A stretch of DNA of 53,287 bases from Chiloscyllium plagiosum (Eukaryota): the NCBI RefSeq assembly GCF_004010195.1, contig NC_057719.1, forward strand, positions 60,670,581 to 60,723,867. Reading direction: 5' to 3'. Both the position numbers and the translations under genes were made by a program. Positions within the stretch are counted from its first letter, which is position 1. Each line of letters begins with the position of its first letter. Shown here one piece after another: positions 13,615-26,900 of the stretch. The notes below the pieces were generated by a model. The model had not been told where the DNA came from and ran no database searches. It was given only the letters and a program-made list of their open reading frames with translations.

Positions 13615-13950
13615 AGTAATTGGGGTTGTTTAGTACTTGTGCCCCAGAGATATTCTTTGAAATGTTCAGCAAGTTGGCATCCTGTCTCCCCAGTGTAGAG
13701 GAAACCACATCCAGAGCAATGGATACAGTAGATGATGTGTGGAGGTGCAGGAAAACTTCTGTCAGATGCGGAAGGATCCTTTGGGCCCTTAGATGGAGGT
13801 GAGGGGAGAGGTGTGGATGCAGGTTTTACACTCTGCAGTGGCAAGGGAAGGTGGAGGGAGGGTTGGTGGGGAGCAGGGAACTAACAAGGGAGCCATGAAG
13901 AGAATGGTCTCTGCAGAGCGACATAGGGGTGAGGAGGGAAATATCCGGTG
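13615..13950 (-). mobile_element. Penelope-like element GIY-YIG fragment
   Basis: IIYCIHCSGCGFLYTGETGCQLAEHFKEYL; similar to 37300-37560 and 43350-43620. Confidence 0.8.
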
Positions 13951-13959
13951 GTGGTGCCA

Positions 13960-14735
13960 ATCAAGCAGGCTATTTTGGCCTGGACTGAATCAGGGTTGTT
14001 GGAGCTGCACTAATCCAGTGGACAGTATTTTATCACATTCTTAACTTGTGCATTGTAGACTGTAGACAGGCCTTCGGAGACAGGAGGTGCTTTATTACCT
14101 GCAGGATTCCTTGTCTCTGGCCTGCACTTGGAATCACTGTATTTATGTGGCTTGCACCGTTCAATTTCTGGTCAATGGTAACTCCCAGGGTAATTAATAG
14201 AAGGAGATTCAGTGATAGTAATGCCACTGAATGTCAAGGAATGTTTTTTTGGGATGGCTATTTCCTGGTACCTATGTGTTGCAAATGTTACTTGCTACTT
14301 TTCAATCCAAGCCTGGATATTGTCCACATTTTGTTGCATTTGGACATGGACTGCTTCCAGATCTGAGGAGCCATGATGGAGCTGAAAATGGTATACTCAT
14401 AAGAGAACATCATCACTTCCAATCTTATACTGGAGAGGAGCTGAAGATAGTTGGGACAAGAACATTACAAGAGTTCCTCAGGATAGAGGTGTCCTAGAGC
14501 TTGGATGACCAAATTCAAATAGTCATAGGCATTTTCCTTTGTGCCAGGTCGGGCTCAAATCAGTGGTGAACTTTCTCCTGATTCCCTTTGATTCGAATTT
14601 TTTTGCCAGGGATCCTTAATGCCACACTTGGTCAAATGTGACCTTTATATCAAGGCAGTCATTTCTTACCTCAGGACTGTACTCCAGCTCTTATGTCCAT
14701 GTATGGACAAAGGTTATAATGAGATCAGGAACAAA
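13960..14735 (-). mobile_element. Degenerate LINE (CR1/L2 group) RT fragment
   Basis: Minus strand gives ITLGVTIDQKLN..SHINTV..AGQRQGIL and decayed ALDIK..FD.VWH; same family as 30360-30975. Confidence 0.7.
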
Positions 14736-15721
14736 ACCAGTTAAGTTTTTCCAACAAAGTTATTAAACTTTTAATTCCAGATTGGTAATTTAAATTCCAC
14801 CAAATACAATGGTGTGATTCAAACCTGAGTCCCTACCTGAATCTCTGAATCACGAGTCCTCCACTGAAGGGCTGTTACACTTGTTTAATATTGTGTTACA
14901 ATGCCACATGTCCATTTAATGCTTTTGGTTGTGCATTGTAGGTCAGTTTTGTGCTAGGGTTTGGTGGAGGTAGGGTGGAGTAGGTGGTGGGTTCATAATG
15001 GCTTCAAAATTCATGAGTATAATTTTGTTATTCCTGAAATGGCAATAAAGAACAAAGAACACCAGGTTCTTGATATTGAGAAAATGTTTCTCAAATTCAT
15101 CAAGCCTTAAATGGCAACTTCACAATCTCACCTTATTTCCATGCGTCTGCATCTTGTTAAAACCCAAATTCATCTTATTGATATGTCACTGGCAATTCTC
15201 TTCTCCTTCACAGAGAAAAGAATGGGTATCTGGAGGCTACAGCTTGCCAAATGCTTTTCACATCATCATGCAATAGTTCTTCAGAACAATGTCCCTGCAT
15301 GCTCTATGGCTATCAAACTCTTTGATCCTTTGTTCACCAAAGGATTAATATTAATATTTGTATAAAGGGACATAATGGAAATGGGGAATGCTGAATGACC
15401 ATAGCTATCACAGAGACAGCAACAGACAAGGGAATATGAAGGAAGGGAGAGATTTGTACATTACAGGTATATCTTATTTGCAAGGACACTGAAACAAAGC
15501 TGGAGCAATGCGCAACTGCTGCACAATAGCTACATAAAACAGCAAGCATCACATGCTGATTAGGTCGAATAAGTTGCTGTTTGTTTTTTGGGGGCCAGAG
15601 AAATGGACACTCTCCTAAAGGCTCTCCTAAAAACATACCTCCAAAGTAACACCACCCATCTGACTTCAATCTGCACTTCATTAGCATATTCATTGTCCAA
15701 GAGTGCATTGAAATAAACAAA

Positions 15722-16113
15722 TTTTCCCTGGAACGTCGGAAGCTGAGGGGTGATGTTATAGAGGTTTACAAAGTTATGAGGAACATGGATAGGATAAATA
15801 GACAAAGTATTTTCCCTGGGGTTGGGGAGGGCATAGGTTTAGGGTGAGAGGAGAAAGATAAAGAAGAGATATAAGAGGCAACTTTTTCACGCAGAGGGTG
15901 GTACGTGTATGGAATGAGCTGCCAGAGGAAGTGGTGGAGGCTGGTACAATTGCAACATTTAAGAGGCATTTGGATGAGCATATGAATAGGCAGGGTTTGG
16001 AGGGATATGGGCCGGGTGCTGTCAGGTGGGACTAGTTTGGGTTGGGATATCTGGTTGGCATGGACAGGTTGGACCGAAGGGTCTGTTTCCATGCTGTACA
16101 TCTCTATGACTCT
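15722..16113 (+). mobile_element. CR1 LINE 3' end
   Basis: ttttccctggaacgtcggaagctgagggg...gggcataggtttagggtgagag...tail gctgtacatctctatgactcta. Confidence 0.9.
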
Positions 16114-16424
16114 AAATAATTATGGCCTCAAGAAATCATAACCATTACATTGTGCACATCATTTGCCTTATTGTCATGTTAGCTAAGCCATTGAAATGAG
16201 AGCCAGGCATGTAAATGGGGAAAAAAAAGATAAATAAACAGGAGTGTCAAACATCCTGTTCACTCTGAGAGCTGGCTCCGAGGGAGCCAGGCACGTAAAA
16301 GCAAAACTTGAAATTCCCATTTCACAAACGCACTCTATAGCCAGCACTTCATGACAACCCTTTGCATCTACTACATTCGCACTCTGAACCATAAGTAAGC
16401 GAAGTCTGATGTCACATGACAGTC

Positions 16425-16552
16425 TTCATCCGATAAAAGAGCAGTGTTCTGAAAGCATGTGATTTCAAATAAACCTGTTGGACTATGACCTGACCTGACA
16501 TGTGACTTCTGACTTTGTCCACCCCAGTCCAACACCAGCATCTCCACATCAT
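16425..16552 (+). mobile_element. Penelope-like terminal-repeat fragment
   Basis: Matches the end of the 11152-12978 arms (aaataaacctgttggactat...ccagtccaacaccagcatctccacatc). Confidence 0.7.
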
Positions 16553-17635
16553 AAGTAAGTGAGGGCATGGTCTATGATATGGAAGGGAGGTTTTTCATTG
16601 CAGGAGGCTATCATGGTGGATTACTGGCGCAATTATATTCTCAACGTGGCACAAAACCTTTGGTTGTGCAACATGTGATTGGATAAAATGACACAGATTT
16701 TCTCTTTATCGTGGCATGATATTGATCTCCTTACAAAGCCTCCATGTCACAATGTATAAAGCATAGCATGAGGACAGATGCGATGAATATGAGGGCTAAT
16801 GAGTTCTTTCAATAAAACGGTGTTCTTTTCCTGATACTCTGCAGATTATCTGCTCATAGGTTTTACATGGAGAGTGCCATGCCTCCAATAATCATAATCT
16901 TGGTACAACTCAGAAAATAACTTTGAAGGAAACAGCAATTATGACTTCATCAGCAAACCCAGTAACCTTCAGTAGTTGCTGCCTCCAGATGGAAAAATGC
17001 AAGAACCACCAAGGAAGTGGAGGTGTATGTAGAGACCCTACATCTGAGGCCCCACTATAATTTTTTTAAGCTGTTTATTAGACAGTGCAGGTGCTAATTA
17101 ATGACATCCTGACACATCTACCCTGAACTATGTCACCACTGGAGTAGGACCTGCAGTCAGAAGGATGGGATGTCTGCATGACAGCTGCCCTGAAATTTTA
17201 TACCAATTGATCATTTTAACAAGAAACTGAGGACCTGTGTGGTCTACTTTAGTACAGAAAGCAAGGCAGAAGCAGTTCAGCAATGTTATGCTTCAAAGGA
17301 GAAATGTGAGGATGGATGGGTGTTTTTAAATGCTCGGAGTATTATAGGTAAAGTTGATGAGTTAAATGCATGGACTGACACATGGAACTGTAATATTGTT
17401 ACCATCACTGAGATGTGGTTGAAGGAGGGCAGGATTGTCAACTCAACATTTTGAGTATAAGATCTTCAGGCCGGACAGGGGTAAGTATAAAAGAAGAGGT
17501 GGTGCCACATTACTAATTAGGGAGTCAGTTACTGTAGTAAGGAGGGATGATACCTTGGGACACTTTGTGAGTTGAGAAGTAAAAAAGTGCTATAGGCCCC
17601 CAAATAGTCAACAGGCAATAAAAGAGCAGATATAC

Positions 17636-18790
17636 ACTATGGGAAGGATGTTGTGAAACTTGAAAGGGTTCAGAACACACCCACAAGGATGTTACAAGGG
17701 TTGGAGAGTTTGAGCCATAGGGTGAGGCTGAATAGGCTGGGGCTGTTTTCCCTGGAGCTTCGGAGACCGAGGGTGACCTTATAGAGGCTTATAAAATCAT
17801 GAAGGGTGTGGATAGGATTGTGACAAAGTTGCTCCTTTAAGAAGGTTATGCAGTCCCTGGCTTTTTCTTCCAGATAGCTCATAAATGACACGGACTCTGA
17901 AAGGTTTGTGGTATTGGATCTTAGGGCCAATTTGATAACAGCTCACAGATACTGCCTCAGGCAGAGGCTTTCAAGTGTTTAAAAAAACACATGTACAATG
18001 AAAGAGTGTCGCCAGCTCTCCCAGCTCAGCTCTTCTCTGGCTTGGTTTGGTTTTTAGCAGTAGTGTGGAAAAAGCTGCTTGACTCACAGAAGCAGGTCCA
18101 GGCTGGTACTCTCTGACTTCTATCATGTAAGAACTTGTGTTTGATTTTATCTTTTGTGCCAAGGGATATCTATGGGGATTGTTGCAAGTACTTGGAACAG
18201 CATCATTAAGCTGGGATGATCTGTTGGGTTTTCGAAGAGGTTGTTATTTGGTATTCTGTTTTCTACTGCTTGTGTTACATTTAGCAATCTTGTGTAATTA
18301 AATTCTGCTTTGATTAAAACTATGTAGTTTGACCAGTTGATTCTCTCCTGGAATATCCCACTTTACACCTGCTTAAAACAACTAGCAAATTTAGGGTCTG
18401 GGCTACCTTCTAGAAATCTTTTGAAGGGTCTGGCCTGGCCCATAACAGAGTGAACTGATGAGGTATTTTCCCCAGGGTGGGGGAGTCCAAAACTAGAGGG
18501 CATAGGTTTAAGGTGAGAGAGGAAAGATTTAAAACAGACCTAAGGGGCAACCTTTTCACACAGAGGGTGGTGCATGTGTGGAATAGCTGCCAGATGAAGT
18601 GGTGGAGGCTGGTACAATTACAAGATTTAAAAAGCATCTGGATGGGTGAGCATAATAGAAAGTGTTGAGGGGCATATGGGCTAAATGCTGGCAAATAGGA
18701 CTAGATTAATTTAGGATATCTGGTTGGCATGGATAAATTGGACTGAAGGCTCTGTTTCCATCCTGTACAGCTATTCTCTATGACTCTCTA
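17636..18790 (+). mobile_element. Younger CR1 3' fragment nested in the long CR1, itself split by a solo LTR
   Basis: 17636-17818 and 18448-18790 join as continuous CR1 3' sequence (GESKTRGHRFKVR..LFTQRVV..WN) ending tctctatgactct. Confidence 0.8.
17819..18447 (+). mobile_element. Probable solo LTR (~630 bp)
   Basis: Non-coding block beginning tgtgaca and ending ataaca that cleanly interrupts a CR1; TSD not clean. Confidence 0.6.
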
Positions 18791-19540
18791 TATATGGACA
18801 ATTCACCTGAGGTGTGTAACAATAATAATGAGTTAATTATATTAGGGGATTTCAAATTCCTGTCCATGAATTGGGGTAGTCAAAACATTTAAAGTTTAAA
18901 GGGACCATATTTCTTGAAATTAATTCTTAAGGGCTTTTTATATTAAAACAGAGAATCCAATAAGGGATAGTGCAGCATTTGACCTAATTCTTGGGAATGA
19001 AGTCAGACAAGTGTGAGGTGGCAGTGGGGGTGAATTTCAGTGATAACGACCACAACATACTACAATTTAAGTTTGTTATGGAAAAGGATCAAGATGATCT
19101 GCAAAAAAGGTCTTTTGGATTTGGTGAAGACAGATTTTATAAAGCAAGGTAGGATCTGACCAAAACATACTGAGAACAGTTATGTGTGGTTAATCTACAG
19201 CACAACAGTGCAGGGCATTCAAAAAAGAATTGGGGAGAATACTGGCTCAACATATTCCCTTTAGGTTGAAATGTAGGAGCAACAAGGCCAGAGAATCCTG
19301 AATGTCTAGAAATATTCAGGTCTGGATAAAAATGGAGAGGCTTTTAACAGGTACAAAGGGAGCAAATCAACAGAGGCACTAATGAGGTATGAAAGTGCAG
19401 GGCAGAATTAAAAAAAAGCAAATAGGACATCAAAGGGGGAAAAAAAGATGGCAGGTAAGATTAGGGAAAAAAAATCACAAAACATTCTGTAAGTTTATTA
19501 AAGGGGAAAAAAGATAACCAAGGAGAGAGAGGGCAATATA

Positions 19541-19668
19541 AAACAAAGAATAGTGGATGCTAGAAATCTAAACCAAAGACAGAAATTACTGGAGAAACTC
19601 AGGTCTGGCAGAATCAATGGAAAGAGAAAGGGAAAGGTATGTTTTGAGTCCAGTGACCCTTCTTCAGA
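19541..19668 (-). mobile_element. Penelope-like terminal-repeat fragment with decayed hammerhead
   Basis: Minus: ctgaagaagggtcactggactcaaaac (CUGANGA-stem-GAAA with G>A); interrupts the CR1. Confidence 0.7.
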
Positions 19669-21517
19669 AAGAATAGGGACCATTAGTGACCGAAGGGGCT
19701 GTATGAGAAACCAGGGACTTCCGTAGAGTGTTAAGGGAGTACCCTGTACTTTACTTCTGTCTTCACTCAGGAGAAAGAGGATGTAGGTACAGAATTCGAG
19801 AAATAGGATTGTGAGGTTCTTGAGTTGATTAACATAGCCAGTGAGGTATTGGAGGTTTTGGCCAGCTTAAAAGTCAACAGATTTCCCCTAGGTCCGGATG
19901 AATTGCGCCTCCGGCAGCTGTGGAGACAGTGGAGGAAATTACAAAGGTACTACTCCAAATTTTTAATTCCTTTTTGAGCACAGGGGAGGTGCCAGAGGAT
20001 TGGGGAACAGTTGAAGACAGATATAGTCAGCATGGCTTTGGCAGGGGGAGGTCATTTCAAACAAATGTGACAGAGTGTTTTGAGACATAATCAGGAGTGT
20101 AGATGAGCATATTGCAGTTGATGTAGTTTATATGGATTTGAAAAGGTGTCTCATGAGAGACTGATAAAGAAAGTAAAAGCACATGGAATTCAGAGCATTG
20201 TGGCAAGTTGGATCCAAAATTGGTTTAAGAGACAGATGATAGTTCCAGAAGGAAATGTATGTATGATTGGAAGATGGTGCCCTGTTGTGTACCACAGGGA
20301 TCAGAACTGGATCCTTTATTATTCATGATACGTAAATGATATAGATTAGAATAAGGGGGCAATAAGTAAGTTTATGAAGATTTGCCGCATGGTTAATAAT
20401 GAGGAAGAAGGTCTTAGGTTACAGGAGAATATAGATGGGTCGGTGAGATGGGCACGTCAATGGCAGATAGAATTTAACTCTGAAGAGTGTGAAAAGAGTG
20501 TGAGTCTGAAGAGTTTGGAAGTAAAAAGACAAGGGAGTACTCAATGAATGACAGCTCACTAGGAAGCTCAGAGAAACAGATCCCTGAAGGCAGAAGGACA
20601 AGTTAATAGGATAGTTGAGAAGGCATACGGGATATTTACCTTTCTCAGTCGAAAGGCATTATAAGGGCAGGGAGATTATGTTGGAGCTGTTGGTTGGGTC
20701 ACAGTTGGAGTACTGTGTGCAGTTCTGGTCACCATGCTATCAGAAGGAAGAAGTTGCACTGAAGGAGGTGCAGAGAATATTCACCAGGATATTGTCTGGG
20801 TTGGAGCATTTTAGCTAAGAAGTGAATCTTGATAGAATCAGGTTTTCTTTAGAGCAGAGGAGGCTTAGAGGAGACCTGATTGAAGTGTGTAAGATATTGA
20901 GAGGCCTGGACAAGGTGGATAGGATGCAGCTGTTACCTTTAGTTCAAGGGTCAATAGCAAACAGGTATAATTTACTCATGAAAGGCAGGATATTTAGAGA
21001 CATTTGTGGAAAAGGAATTTTCACCCAGAAAGTGGTGGAAATCTGAAAGGCACTGCCTGGGAGGGTAGTTGAGGCAAGAAACTTCACAACCTTCAACAGT
21101 ACTTAAATGAGCAATTTAAATTTCAAGACATTTAAGCCTTATGCCAAATGCTAGTAAGTGGGACTAATGTAGATTTAGAGTACTTTTGCTGGTTTAGACT
21201 CTATGGGCCTAAGGGCCTCTTTTGTACAGCATGATTCTATGACTCTCTCTCTCAATCTTTAACCTATTAATGCATCTTGGATGCCATTTCCTCCAGATCA
21301 CAGCTGTCGATATCCTTCTCCCATGGCAAGAGAAGTTGAGCAGTTCGTTCACTAGCTTCTCAGGTACAAAACACTATCAACTGTACTCTCATTGCTTGGA
21401 GAATGTCCCATCTCCAATTTGCAGTTTATTAACAGAAAGTACTTCCAATCCATTAATGCTCAAATTATATGTGACCATCATTGCCAAATTTTGGATATCT
21501 ATGCAGTCCTGCGAATC

Positions 21518-22111
21518 TGAAAAACTTGGTAACTCATGGGTTCCTGCCTCTTTTCAAGGTCCTTGGGTATAAGGGGATGGCTGCTGTAAGACAAGGGTGC
21601 CCCTTCCAAACATGGCCCATGATACCATTATGAAATACTCAGATTGACGTAAGAAGTACAACTCATGCTTCCATCAGGGACACAGTGGAACAGACCATAC
21701 ACCCAGTTAAAATTGAGGTTTTGACCCCTGGACCACAGTAATGGAGCCTTGAAGTGTAACCCAGAAAGTGTGTCCTTCATAAGTGAAGCTGAGAGAAAAA
21801 AAAAGAATGTCCTGGCCGCAGACAAAATAACTATATAATAATGAAGTAGAAGATGAGGGTGAAGACTTCCAGGAAAGCCATCCAAAACAGCATGACAGAG
21901 CTTTGCATCATTGAGCTAACTGAAACAAACTTCAGAATGAATGTGCTAGGTTTGGACTTTGGTTAATCATTTATTAATTGGCACCAACCCTGCTTAGTAT
22001 AAAGGAATGTGGACTTTGGTATTTTTGCACTCCTTGACATTTTCTGAGGCCGAATAAACTCTTATTATACATTTGATGGTAAATTTGGTATCTTTGAGTG
22101 AACCGACTTCA
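21518..22111 (+). mobile_element. Possible solo LTR (retroviral-like)
   Basis: tgaa...ttca ends, tataaa near 21998, aataaa near 22053; flanks cgaatc/agtatc are at best an imperfect 6-bp TSD. Confidence 0.4.
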
Positions 22112-22897
22112 AGTATCTGCACAGTACATTTCCTACTGATCATTAGGTAAAAAGTAGCAATCAGTGAGACAATGTATTAACATCAAATGGCACGAAATTT
22201 ATGTAGGAAGCTCTGAAAACATCAGTCAGCATATCATAACTGAGTGCTGCGCAGTGAAGTCTATCCCAAAAGGGAAGTCTATCTCCTTTTGAAAGTTCAA
22301 TCATCAGTTGCTCTTCAATTATTCAGACTGCATGTAGACAACTACGTTGCCTTGAAATGCCTGAGAATCCAATAAGGTAGCACTGACCCTGCAAGAGACA
22401 AAATATCATATAGTTTTTCCTCAGCAGACCAATGAGCTATGAGGAAGACAATATTTGAAATTTCCATTGCATAACTCCCTGCGTTGAATGGCAACGCACT
22501 GTTTTGTATAGTTTATAAATAGAACAAACCTATCTCTGCAAGGATGCATAGAATAATCCTTATTTCCATACAGTCACTCACAAGGTGGATGGACATGTGC
22601 AATAATTTGTTCAGGCCAGGCACTAGTACATTTCTTCAGCATCAGTGTCATTCATGTTAAAGTACATTGTTTTGGCTCTAGTCCTTAATATCAAGGTTCG
22701 AGTATCACTGACATCAGAGAATATCTATAGTCAGGAAGTCAGTTGTTTGAGAGAGATAAACCATGCTTGTTAATTGCATCTTGTTCCTTCTTTGGCATGT
22801 TTGTTAAGGTTGTTCATCCATCATAAATGCGATTTTACCAGATACAACAGCACAAGTCATAGTATAGCAGACATTTTAAAAGTGCAAGTGAACATGG

Positions 22898-23060
22898 AAT
22901 CAGAGAATCCCTACAGTGTGGAAAGAGGCCATTTGACCTATTGAGTCTACACCAACCTTCTGAGGATCATCCCATCCAGATGTTGCCCCTGACCATATCC
23001 CCATAACCCTGCATTTACCATAGCCAATCCACCTAGCCTGCACATTCCTAGACACTGTTG
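22898..23060 (-). mobile_element. HE1-type SINE 3' fragment
   Basis: Similar to 46932-47090 (aatccctacagtgtgg...ccaatccaccta). Confidence 0.7.
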
Positions 23061-23264
23061 GGCAAGTAAAACAGTTGAAGTTAAATCCTCCAGTGGTAAC
23101 CCTTTAAGGATAATCTTTCAAAGAATACTGAAATAAATTGTTTGCTCTTCTAAACACTATCTTACATTAAATATTGTTTTAAAAAGGCCGTAATGAATAG
23201 CTTCATTGTTTGGATGGGCTGTCAGTGTACTTATCAGTGTACGAAGGCACAGTCTCTTAGAACT

Positions 23265-25460
23265 TCAAAGGACACTGACATGTTCATGGACTGGGCAGAT
23301 AGATGGCAAATGAAGTGAATGAATGAATGAATATCCTTTATCATCATTTAAGAGGTGATGCACTTTGGTACAAAGGAAATGGAAAGACAGGATGTTTTAA
23401 AAGGTGTGCAGGGGCAGACAGCCTTCAGTGCTTGTGTGCATAAGCCACTGAAAGTGACAGAGCAGATAGAGAGCTGTTAATAAAGCATCCATATCTGGTG
23501 TCAGGCAAGGCTGCCCACTTTCTGCTGTATTGTATAAAACCTTTTGCTGAATCCAACAAGGATGAAAGCTTGACAGGGATGACTAGTCTAGGTAGTGAAG
23601 GCCTGCAGGTCAAAGACTTCCAGTACATGGAGTACATCGCCATTTTCTGCTTGGATCTGCTGTCAGTGTGCAGACTCATGAGCGTTGTGGGTAAAAACCT
23701 GGTTGTCAGGTGTCAGATATGTTGATGCTGCTGCATGTGGCACAGGTCTGGCTTGCTCCCTGAACTTGCACCTTTTCAGTCATTGAGCCATCTTCCACTT
23801 CATCTAGAGGTTAAAGATGGACAGTATCCACAGGGACACAATGTATAACGCTCTGGATAAACAAGGGAAAGGCAGACCCAATACTGCCCTCAATATGATG
23901 GCCACCTTTGTGTGTGGTTGCATCAAGCTGTGCACAGACCTTTGACATACAACATCAAGTATACTATGTATTAAGCAGTTGGAGCATTCCAAATCTCCTG
24001 TCGTTTGTCGAAAAATTTGCAAAGAGAAAGACTTTTGACCACAAGTCCATCAGGAAGTGGTCAGCATGTAGTGTCCTTGAGACCTTGCGGGAAAAGGAAA
24101 GGGTGGATCCCGTTGCATGGTTCACTCAGGAGATTGTCAAAATTAATTGGCAAAATGCCTCATCATCAGAACATTTTAACAAGCATCTTGGCAGTGCAGA
24201 GAAGGGCACTACATGTCAGATCCTTCATGCACACCCGGCTTCTGTGTGCCACTGTGCCAGCTTCTGTGTGCCACTGTACACTGCCTCTGGAGTGGCTGCA
24301 CTGACAAAGAGATTGTCACATCTCCTTCTGAAATGTGTCTTTTCAAAGGAAGCAGAGAGAAAGAGAGAGAGAGTCATTCCGAGTCACTCTGTATTAATGG
24401 AGTCTGTGCTCTATAGGCTATTCCCCAGGATGCACACAGAGACAAACATAGAGTTCCTAGAGGACCATCAACTCAAAAGATGCTTTTTGGTCTGCCCCAA
24501 ACTTGTTGGTTTTCCAGCATAAAGAGTTGACCCCGATCAAGTGTTATAGACTGGCACATTCCAAGGTCCAGGACGATGTGCTTACAGGTACACTAAAGCT
24601 TGGAGCAGTTGCTGCTAGGGTGCAATCGGTTAAGACCACTGTTTCAGGTCTTTCTGCCAAAGTATAACCAGGGTCTGTTCAGTTATCAGAACCTACTGTT
24701 GCCTCAATGTAAATAGTATCCTGATTTTGGCTTTGCAGGGAATATCAAATTCCAATGTCTGTATTTCTTAATATGCAAAGACTGTACAGAACTGTTTTAG
24801 TACCTGTGAATGCAAATAAAGATTTTTCATAAATAAAGTATAGTTTTGCAACAAAAAAGCATGTAATACCCTCGGCTTTAAAAATAGTGGCATAGTATAC
24901 AAGAGTATGGAGATTGTGATGAATTTACATAAGCCACTGGTTGGACCATTACAGGCATATCATGTGCAATTCTATGCCTTACATTATGGGAAGAATATGA
25001 ATGTATTGGAGAAAGTGTCAAAGAAATTTCAAAAATGGTTCTAGGAACGCGACATTCAGATATGAGGAAAGTGTGAAGAAGCTGGAATTGTTTTACTCTA
25101 CAGAAGTTTTCAAAATCACGAGGGGTATACACTAAGTAGATAGAGAGGAAATGCTCTCACATATAAATTGATAAAGACCAAGGCTTTGCAGTTTTAAAAT
25201 GCTTTGCAGAAGAAGAAAATGCAAGGTGAGAAATACTTTTTTCACCAAACAGTTAGGGTATGAACACATTGCCTAGAAGTGTTGTTGGTTCAATTCAGGC
25301 ATTCAAGAGGGCAATAGTTTCTATTTAAATAGATATCCATGTGTAGGGTTACAAGGATAAGACAGGAGAGTGGTACGAAGTTAAAAAGCTTAAAAAGGCA
25401 ATATAGACGTGATAGGCTAAATGACCTCTTTCTGCACCATAATAATTTTGTGAATCTGTG
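23265..25460 (+). mobile_element. Degenerate CR1 3' half interrupted by an L1/Tx1 insertion
   Basis: LQRTLTC..WADRWQMK before the insert; decayed CR1 3' sequence resumes at 24863 and ends in a CR1-like tail near 25455. Confidence 0.65.
23489..24858 (+). mobile_element. 5'-truncated, internally deleted L1/Tx1-clade LINE
   Basis: SGVRQGCPL RT motif, degenerate YMDD (YMEY), C-terminal WQNASS..HLLLKC zinc-knuckle region, aataaa plus A-rich tail; aaagcat at 23482-23488 and 24856-24862 is a likely TSD. Confidence 0.8.
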
Positions 25461-25552
25461 ACTCAATCTCTGGTCGAAGCAAGTCAAGCAATTTTGCTTC
25501 AACTAGCAACTGACAGCACCAAATTTTACAACATCTCTAGTTAGAGAAAGTT

Positions 25553-25727
25553 TGTGAGAAGATTTGTAGCTCGGGTGCTCGTTGCTGTGGTTCTGTTCGC
25601 CGAGCTGGAAGGTTTTGTTGCAAACGTTTCGTCCCCTGTCTAGGTGACATCCTCAGTGCTTGGGAGCCTCCTGTGAAGCACTTCTGTGGTGCTTCTGTGG
25701 TTCTGCTCGGCGAACAGAACCACAGCA
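25553..25727 (-). mobile_element. Short Penelope-like insertion with inverted end and 17-bp TSD
   Basis: tctagttagagaaagtt at 25536-25552 and 25728-25744; internal inverted copy of gctgtggttctgttcgccgagc. Confidence 0.8.
25620..25659 (-). ncRNA. Minimal type I hammerhead ribozyme motif (Penelope-type)
   Basis: GCA-CUGAGGA-U-GUCACC(uagacag)GGGAC-GAA-ACGU-U-UGC: intact core, 3-bp stem I, palindromic ACGU stem III. Confidence 0.75.
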
Positions 25728-26139
25728 TCTAGTTAGAGAAAGTTAAACATTTTCTCATACTTCTCTCAGACTGCTAATCAGCATTTGCAGAATTGATGAG
25801 GGGGAATTAACTTGAATATGGTGATCCCCATGGTACAATAGCTCGCCATTCCTTGCTATCCAGATTAATGGGAAGAATGACCACTTGGCGAAAAGAATGG
25901 CTGTTAGCATTTATACAATCTTGCATGTACCACCAAAAACAAGAATAAAAAGTTGGAAAGAATGTAAGCAAGAATTGACATGTATAATTGATTGAGTGGA
26001 ATTTTAAGCAAAATGCTTCAGATGAATTGTGGAAAAACAAGTATGAACTTGGAGTGATTAGAATCTAGAATGCAATGCCAGAGATTGTGGAAGCAAATTC
26101 AATCATAGCTTCAAAATATTATTAATTTGAATCAGAATT

Positions 26140-26900
26140 TTGCTGTGTACAAGGACATCATTCACCACATCAAGGCTGTACTAGCTCCAGAAAGTGGTAC
26201 TCAGACTGACATCGCAGAACTCTGAATTAATCATTTTCAAATATATATTAGCTTTCTTTGAAGGCCCCTATGGATTACATCTCCATCACTCCCCAGGCAA
26301 TGCAAATCCTAAAAACTCTGAGTAAAGATGCTTCTCCTCAACTCACTCCAAGCAATTTTGCTGACAATCTTGAAATTGTGACCCCCTTCGTTACTGATAT
26401 ACCAACTAGTAGAAACAGAATATCCTTCTTTACCTTGTTAAAATTGTTCTTAATTTTGGACACCATGATATGGTCATCTCTTAATCTTCTGTGCTCCATG
26501 GAGAATAAGCCCAGTTTCTCTCATCTTTCCTTGTATTTCATTCTTGGTATGATTCTAATAAATCTCCTTTGCACTCTCTCCAGGGCTTTAACCTTCTTTC
26601 TTAAATAAGTTGCCCAAAATTAAACATAATATTCCAAATGTGGTCTGACCAATGACTTGTAGAGGTTTAGCACATTTCCTTGCTTTATACTCTAGGTTTC
26701 TACTTATAAACCTGGAGTATCCTACAAGCCTTCTTCACGACTGTTTCTTGCCTAGCAACCTTCAGAAAATTATGCACGTGAACCCCAAGGTCTCTCTACT
26801 ACTGCATTCCTCTGAAAGTTGTAAAATTGAGCCTGGATTGTCTTTCCATATTTCATCTACCAAGATGTGTTACCTTACAGTTTTCTGCATTAAACTTAAT
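26140..26900 (-). mobile_element. Degenerate CR1-like LINE 3' fragment
   Basis: Minus strand carries decayed LVRPHLE..ALERVQRRF..EKLGLFSMEHRRLRDD motifs. Confidence 0.65.

Larger units (their letters stand above)
17310..21245 (+). mobile_element. Long degenerate CR1 LINE ORF2 (endonuclease to RT to tail) interrupted by nested inserts
   Basis: FLNARSIIGKVDEL..ITEMWL at 17320; GDF at 18845; [45 protein letters not shown]; tail atgattctatgactct. Confidence 0.85.

Noticed and set aside
23908..24522. Longest ORF (204 aa) as a host gene
   Set aside because: It is a frame-mixed remnant of L1/Tx1 ORF2.
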